NCBI RefSeq assembly: GCF_041956535.1
Contig: NW_027192195.1
Span: forward strand, 902,510-939,452
Reading direction: 5' to 3'
DNA length: 36,943 nt
Source of the DNA: Calcarisporiella thermophila CBS 279.70
Lineage: Eukaryota; Fungi; Calcarisporiellomycota
The position numbers were made by a program, and so were the translations under genes. Under the pieces are notes generated by a model. That model did no database searches and was not told the DNA's origin. It worked only from the letters and a program-made list of their open reading frames with translations. Shown here in pieces: positions 32,983 to 36,943 of this stretch. The stretch's first letter is position 1, and each line of letters starts with the position of its first letter.

Positions 32983-35900
32983 GGTGGCTGCGGTGGCTGA
33001 TGGGGAGGATGTGGTTGCGTTGGATGCTGAGGTTGTGGTGGTGGCGGTTGCGGGGGTTGTTGGGGGTGTCGCGGCGGTTGGAGAGAAGAGGGGGGCGCCC
33101 CCCCCCCCAAAGTAGCTTCCTCGAACCTGTTGGGGGGAGTAGTAGGGGGTGGTGAAGGAGCTGAACCCGGCCGCAGGCATGGAGCCGAGGTCGCGGGAGG
33201 CCGGGATCGGGGTGACCCCCGAGTAGAGGTTGGGCTGCGTCGGCGCCAGAGACCCCATGGGCATTCCTAGCCCCATGTCCATGTCCATGCCCATTCCCAC
33301 CCCCATGGCCGGCATCCCGTTGCCGGAGGCGGGGACGGAGGCGGGCGCCCCCGAGATGGAGGACATGGAGGAGGGCGCGGACGCACCGCCCGAGGAGGCT
33401 GCGGACTGGAACGGCGGCTCCATGGCGGCCCGACTAAGCGCGGAAAACGCGTCGCCGTAGAGGTTCGAGGCGAAGGGGCCGGAGCCGCCGGGGCCGAAGG
33501 CATCCTCCCCGGGCGCCATCATCAGGTCGTCCCCGATGGACTGCAGGAAGGCGTCGATGTCCTCGGGGGTGCGCTGCAGCTGGATGGACTCCATCCCCGG
33601 GAACAGGGCGCCGTCCTCGCTAAGCATGGAGCTGGGGGCGGGCATGCCATACGCGGTCTCCTCGGCGCGCTCGAACTCCTCCGGCAGGCCGATGTTCAGC
33701 GGCGGAAGCGACGGCTCGATGCTGAAGTCGACGGGGGTGCCCTGCAGGGTTCCGGAGGCGGCGGCCACGGCCGCGGCCGCGGCATCCACCGGCGAAGCAA
33801 ATGTCTGCGAGGTGGCGCCCGGCGACGAGCTGAACGCGGGCGAGGCTCGCTGGCCATCGAAGCCGATCATGGAGAGGAGCCCGCCGATCGCGCTGTTCGC
33901 CATGTAGTCGCCCGACTGCGGCACGCTGACGGAGGGGGTCGCGGACGGGGCGGGCGAGGCCGAGGCGACGGAGCCCACCTGGAAGGCGGCGGGGAACGGG
34001 AGGGGCTCCACGCCGCCCGCAGAGAGCAGCGGCAGCCCCGCCCTCTCCTCGCCCTCGGCGGCCGACTCCTCGACGCGCTCCTTCTCCAGCTCCTCAAGAT
34101 TGTCGGTGATCTGGTGCATCTCCAAAAAGGCCTCGATGCCGCCCACCAGTTGGTCGTACAGCGGCAGCAGCACCAGGGTGGAGTTCCGCAGCATATGCAG
34201 CAGGCGCACCAGGTTCCGCTTGGCCGTGAAGGTGATGACGGGCTCGGTGCGCAGGACGATCGCCTGCTGGTGGATCTTGGCCGCCAGCGTAACGGAGTCG
34301 CTGACCAGGTACACCTGGCACCACCCGATCCGCTCGATCAGCGTCTGGAAGAGGTCGGTGATCTGGTTGGCGGACTTGGTGCAGATGTTGAGGGAGAGAA
34401 GGGCGATGGGGGTGGGGGTTTCACGCACTTTCGGCAGGAAGAGCTTGTGCAGGTAGATCCAGCTGCCGTGGTACGCTATGTTGAGCAGGAGGGTGGAGAG
34501 GTCCTGGAAGCGGCCGTCGCCGGAGGGCACAAAGGGGGGGCCCTCGGCCTGGATCTGGAGGTTGGCGGGGAGGGCGTTGAACCAGTTGGTGAGCGAGTTC
34601 TCCAGCATGGAGATGGCGGAGAGAAGCGACTGCCCCGACTGGTCGGAGAGCAGCTGCTTGGCAACATCGCGCCGGACGCTGATCAGCTTGATCATCAGCT
34701 TGCAGAACTCGATCTTGTCCAACGTGTCCTGGTCCTCGTGGCCAAGCGGCGTCGGGTGGTCGACGTCGCAGTCGCGGTCGTCGATCATGGTGGAGCGACA
34801 AGCCTCGAGCACCGCGTGTGAATCGAGCCAGAACGCGGTCCACCAGAGCCGCTTCAGGCGCTCGCGGGGAACCGGCTCGTGGGCGGTCCCCGTTTCCTTG
34901 CGGTGGAGCTTCAAGTCCTGGGCCATCCGCGCAGCCAGCCCGATGTAGAGGTAGGCTTGTGCCGGCTTCGAGCTGCTGATCTGGTAGAGGAACATGTTGA
35001 TCAGCGCGTGGATGGTGTCGGGGTTGGAGACGTCGAACCGCTTTTTCAGGAGCTGCCGGGCCTGCTTGAAGTAGTACTCTCCGATGGTGTTGGGGTCTCG
35101 GGTGTCGTCGAAGTGGTGGTGTAGGGCAAGGTGTTTCGCGGTCCAGGCGAAGATGGAGTTGAGCAGGAGCGGGTCGATGGGGTTGTCCGACTGGTTGTGG
35201 TAGTGCTCGAGGAACTGCTTCTTGTCGACGACCTGGAAACAGAGGAAGCAGTCGAGGTACCGCTCGACAAGATGGTCAAGCACCTCCTTCGGCAGCTCCT
35301 GCTCCGCCGTATTTCGCTGCTGCTCCCGAAGAATCTCCTGCTCCTGCTCGGGGGTGATCTCCCACACACGCTGCTCCCCCATCCCATCCTCCCCCGGTGG
35401 ATTCCAGCCGGATTGCGAGGCATTATCTCGCCGACGGCGCGGACTCTTCTCAACGGTGAAATCGGGGTCGAGAAGGCCCCCCGTTCGATTCTCCTGCCGG
35501 ATGCTCAGCTGGCTGATCCCCTGGAGCAGAATTTTGTACAGATCCTGAACCGAGGCAATATTGGTATCGATCCGCAGCCCCGAGGGCGAAAGCGATAACT
35601 TCCAGGTCACGCCCTGTGCATTGCTGTCGCTTGCGGTGCCCTGAGCCAGCATCAGAGAGCTGGCGGCAAGCCCATTTGGGTCCGGGAGGGCGGGATTGCT
35701 TGGAACGCTCATCGTGTGCAGGCTATTTTTGATGGCCATCAGATCGCTCTGCATTTTTTGCATACGCGCTTTGAGCTGCTCCACATGATTGCCAAGCGTG
35801 TCGAATGCGTGTCCGTCGACACGGCGGGGTGGGGTAGAATAAGTGCACGGTAGCCCGGCTTGTGCGCAACGAGAACAACTTGGTTGAAGCTATGGGTTGA

Positions 35901-36328
35901 AAACAGAGTCAGAGCCACAGAGGAACAAACAACAGGGAGGCCAGGAGCAAAAACATGATCCTGCCCCCTGGTGGAGAAAGGGATGAGGAGAAAATATACG
36001 TACGAAATCGCATTTAACCTAAAATTGAGTCCATGACTGATTATTAGCTACCAGGATAAATCCGAAATAGAGGTATATGTATTCTCACCTTTTTCTTTCT
36101 GCAACGGATACCTGCATTAAGAGGAGAGGTGGAAGAACGAAAACGAGAGGGGGGTTTAGTCAAGTTCGAGGAATATCAAAAAAAAAAACCAGTAGTAGAA
36201 CACATACAAGCCATGGTGGAACGAGGTCGTCTTGCTTTACCCTGCTCGGTTCCAGCAGGAGGTGATGATCCATCCACCTGAAACGATGAGGATGACCCCT
36301 GGTAGCCACCTTCATGATCAGCTTCCAT
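32562..36328 (-). CDS. Zn(II)2Cys6 transcription factor with fungal-TF middle homology region (probable 1-bp frameshift near 33100)
   Basis: Exons 36328-36208, 36111-36089, 36018-36004, then 35889 onward give [29 protein letters not shown]. MHR motifs AYLYIGLAARMAQDLKLHR and ERLKRLWWTAFWLD. As assembled the stop is at 32716. Removing one base from the C11 run gives a P/Q-rich tail ending at 32562. Confidence 0.9.
32953..32982. repeat. (TGC)10 microsatellite: polyQ in the corrected frame, polyA in the assembled frame
   Basis: Counted directly. Confidence 0.9.
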
Positions 36329-36943
36329 GAGCTCTCAGTTCAAATTGCAACGGTTATTAAAAAAAAATGGAAGAAAAAAAAAAGAAAGAGAAAGCGAACG
36401 AGAAAGAAGAGGGAGGGGGGGATGATAAGGAGAAACGAAAGGAGATCTGGGAGTAGAATCGTCAACACACTTTTCCCTAGTGAAAAGACAATCGAATGAT
36501 GATTTTATTGGCCTATGTGATAACGTTATAAAGGGAAATGCAGCAGAGAGGCAAAAGTTTTCGACAATTTTCAAAAGAAGGACAGAGAATATCATATCTT
36601 GGACTATCTCCAGGATATCCCGCCGTATCTATGAACCTGAAATTTCTCATCCATTAGCATCGGGATTTCTCCACCAAGCTCACACGTGTTGTTGACCAAC
36701 GACCTTGCAAAGTCGGTTTTAGTCATGCTACCTTCTATTCTGGGCACTTTTTAATCTCGTTTGGTCGTCTCGCCCTCTCGTTTAAAGAAACAACACAGAG
36801 CGAGAAGCCGCATCAAAGTTATTGATAATCTGGCGTCATTGCCACAGCTGTATTTGTTGTACAGCCCTCGCCGTTGCATCCGCTCCATTGTGATCATCAC
36901 GAAAAAAAATAACCGATATTAAAATAGGCTAGAGTGGCAAAAT

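Noticed and set aside
25351-35598. Many long overlapping or antisense ORFs over the Sas4-like, permease and TF genes
   Set aside because: An expected by-product of very high GC3, where stops are scarce in other frames. No independent motifs.
27670-35800. GC-rich block as bacterial HGT or contamination
   Set aside because: The genes are fungal-specific families (YAT permease, Zn2Cys6) with spliceosomal introns, and GC changes gradually.

Overview
Eukaryotic, intron-rich fungal DNA with short GT-AG introns. The gene families point to an early-diverging fungus, most likely Mucoromycota (inference). I could reconstruct 13 protein-coding genes by hand. In order: (1) a secreted protein with 31-aa tandem repeats that runs off the left edge and is missing from the ORF track; (2) SYO1/HEATR3; (3) a Psr1-like CTD small phosphatase; (4) LSM7; (5) a single-pass receptor-like pseudokinase (signal peptide, Kelch-like propeller interrupted by a Ser/Thr tract, TM helix, kinase fold missing all three catalytic motifs); (6) convergent with it, a secreted 3D/MltA-like domain protein of bacterial type; (7) a GNAT acetyltransferase; (8) a tail-anchored coiled-coil protein; (9) a class I SAM methyltransferase; (10) a disordered hypothetical protein; (11) a PEHE/Sas4-like AT-hook protein; (12) a YAT amino-acid permease; (13) a Zn2Cys6 transcription factor with a probable homopolymer frameshift. 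A 160-bp MITE-like foldback lies at about 16.8 kb. Base composition climbs steeply from AT-rich on the left to very GC3-rich on the right. The most interesting item is the receptor pseudokinase and its possible link to the neighbouring 3D-domain protein. All family calls come from motif recognition by eye; no database searches were run.
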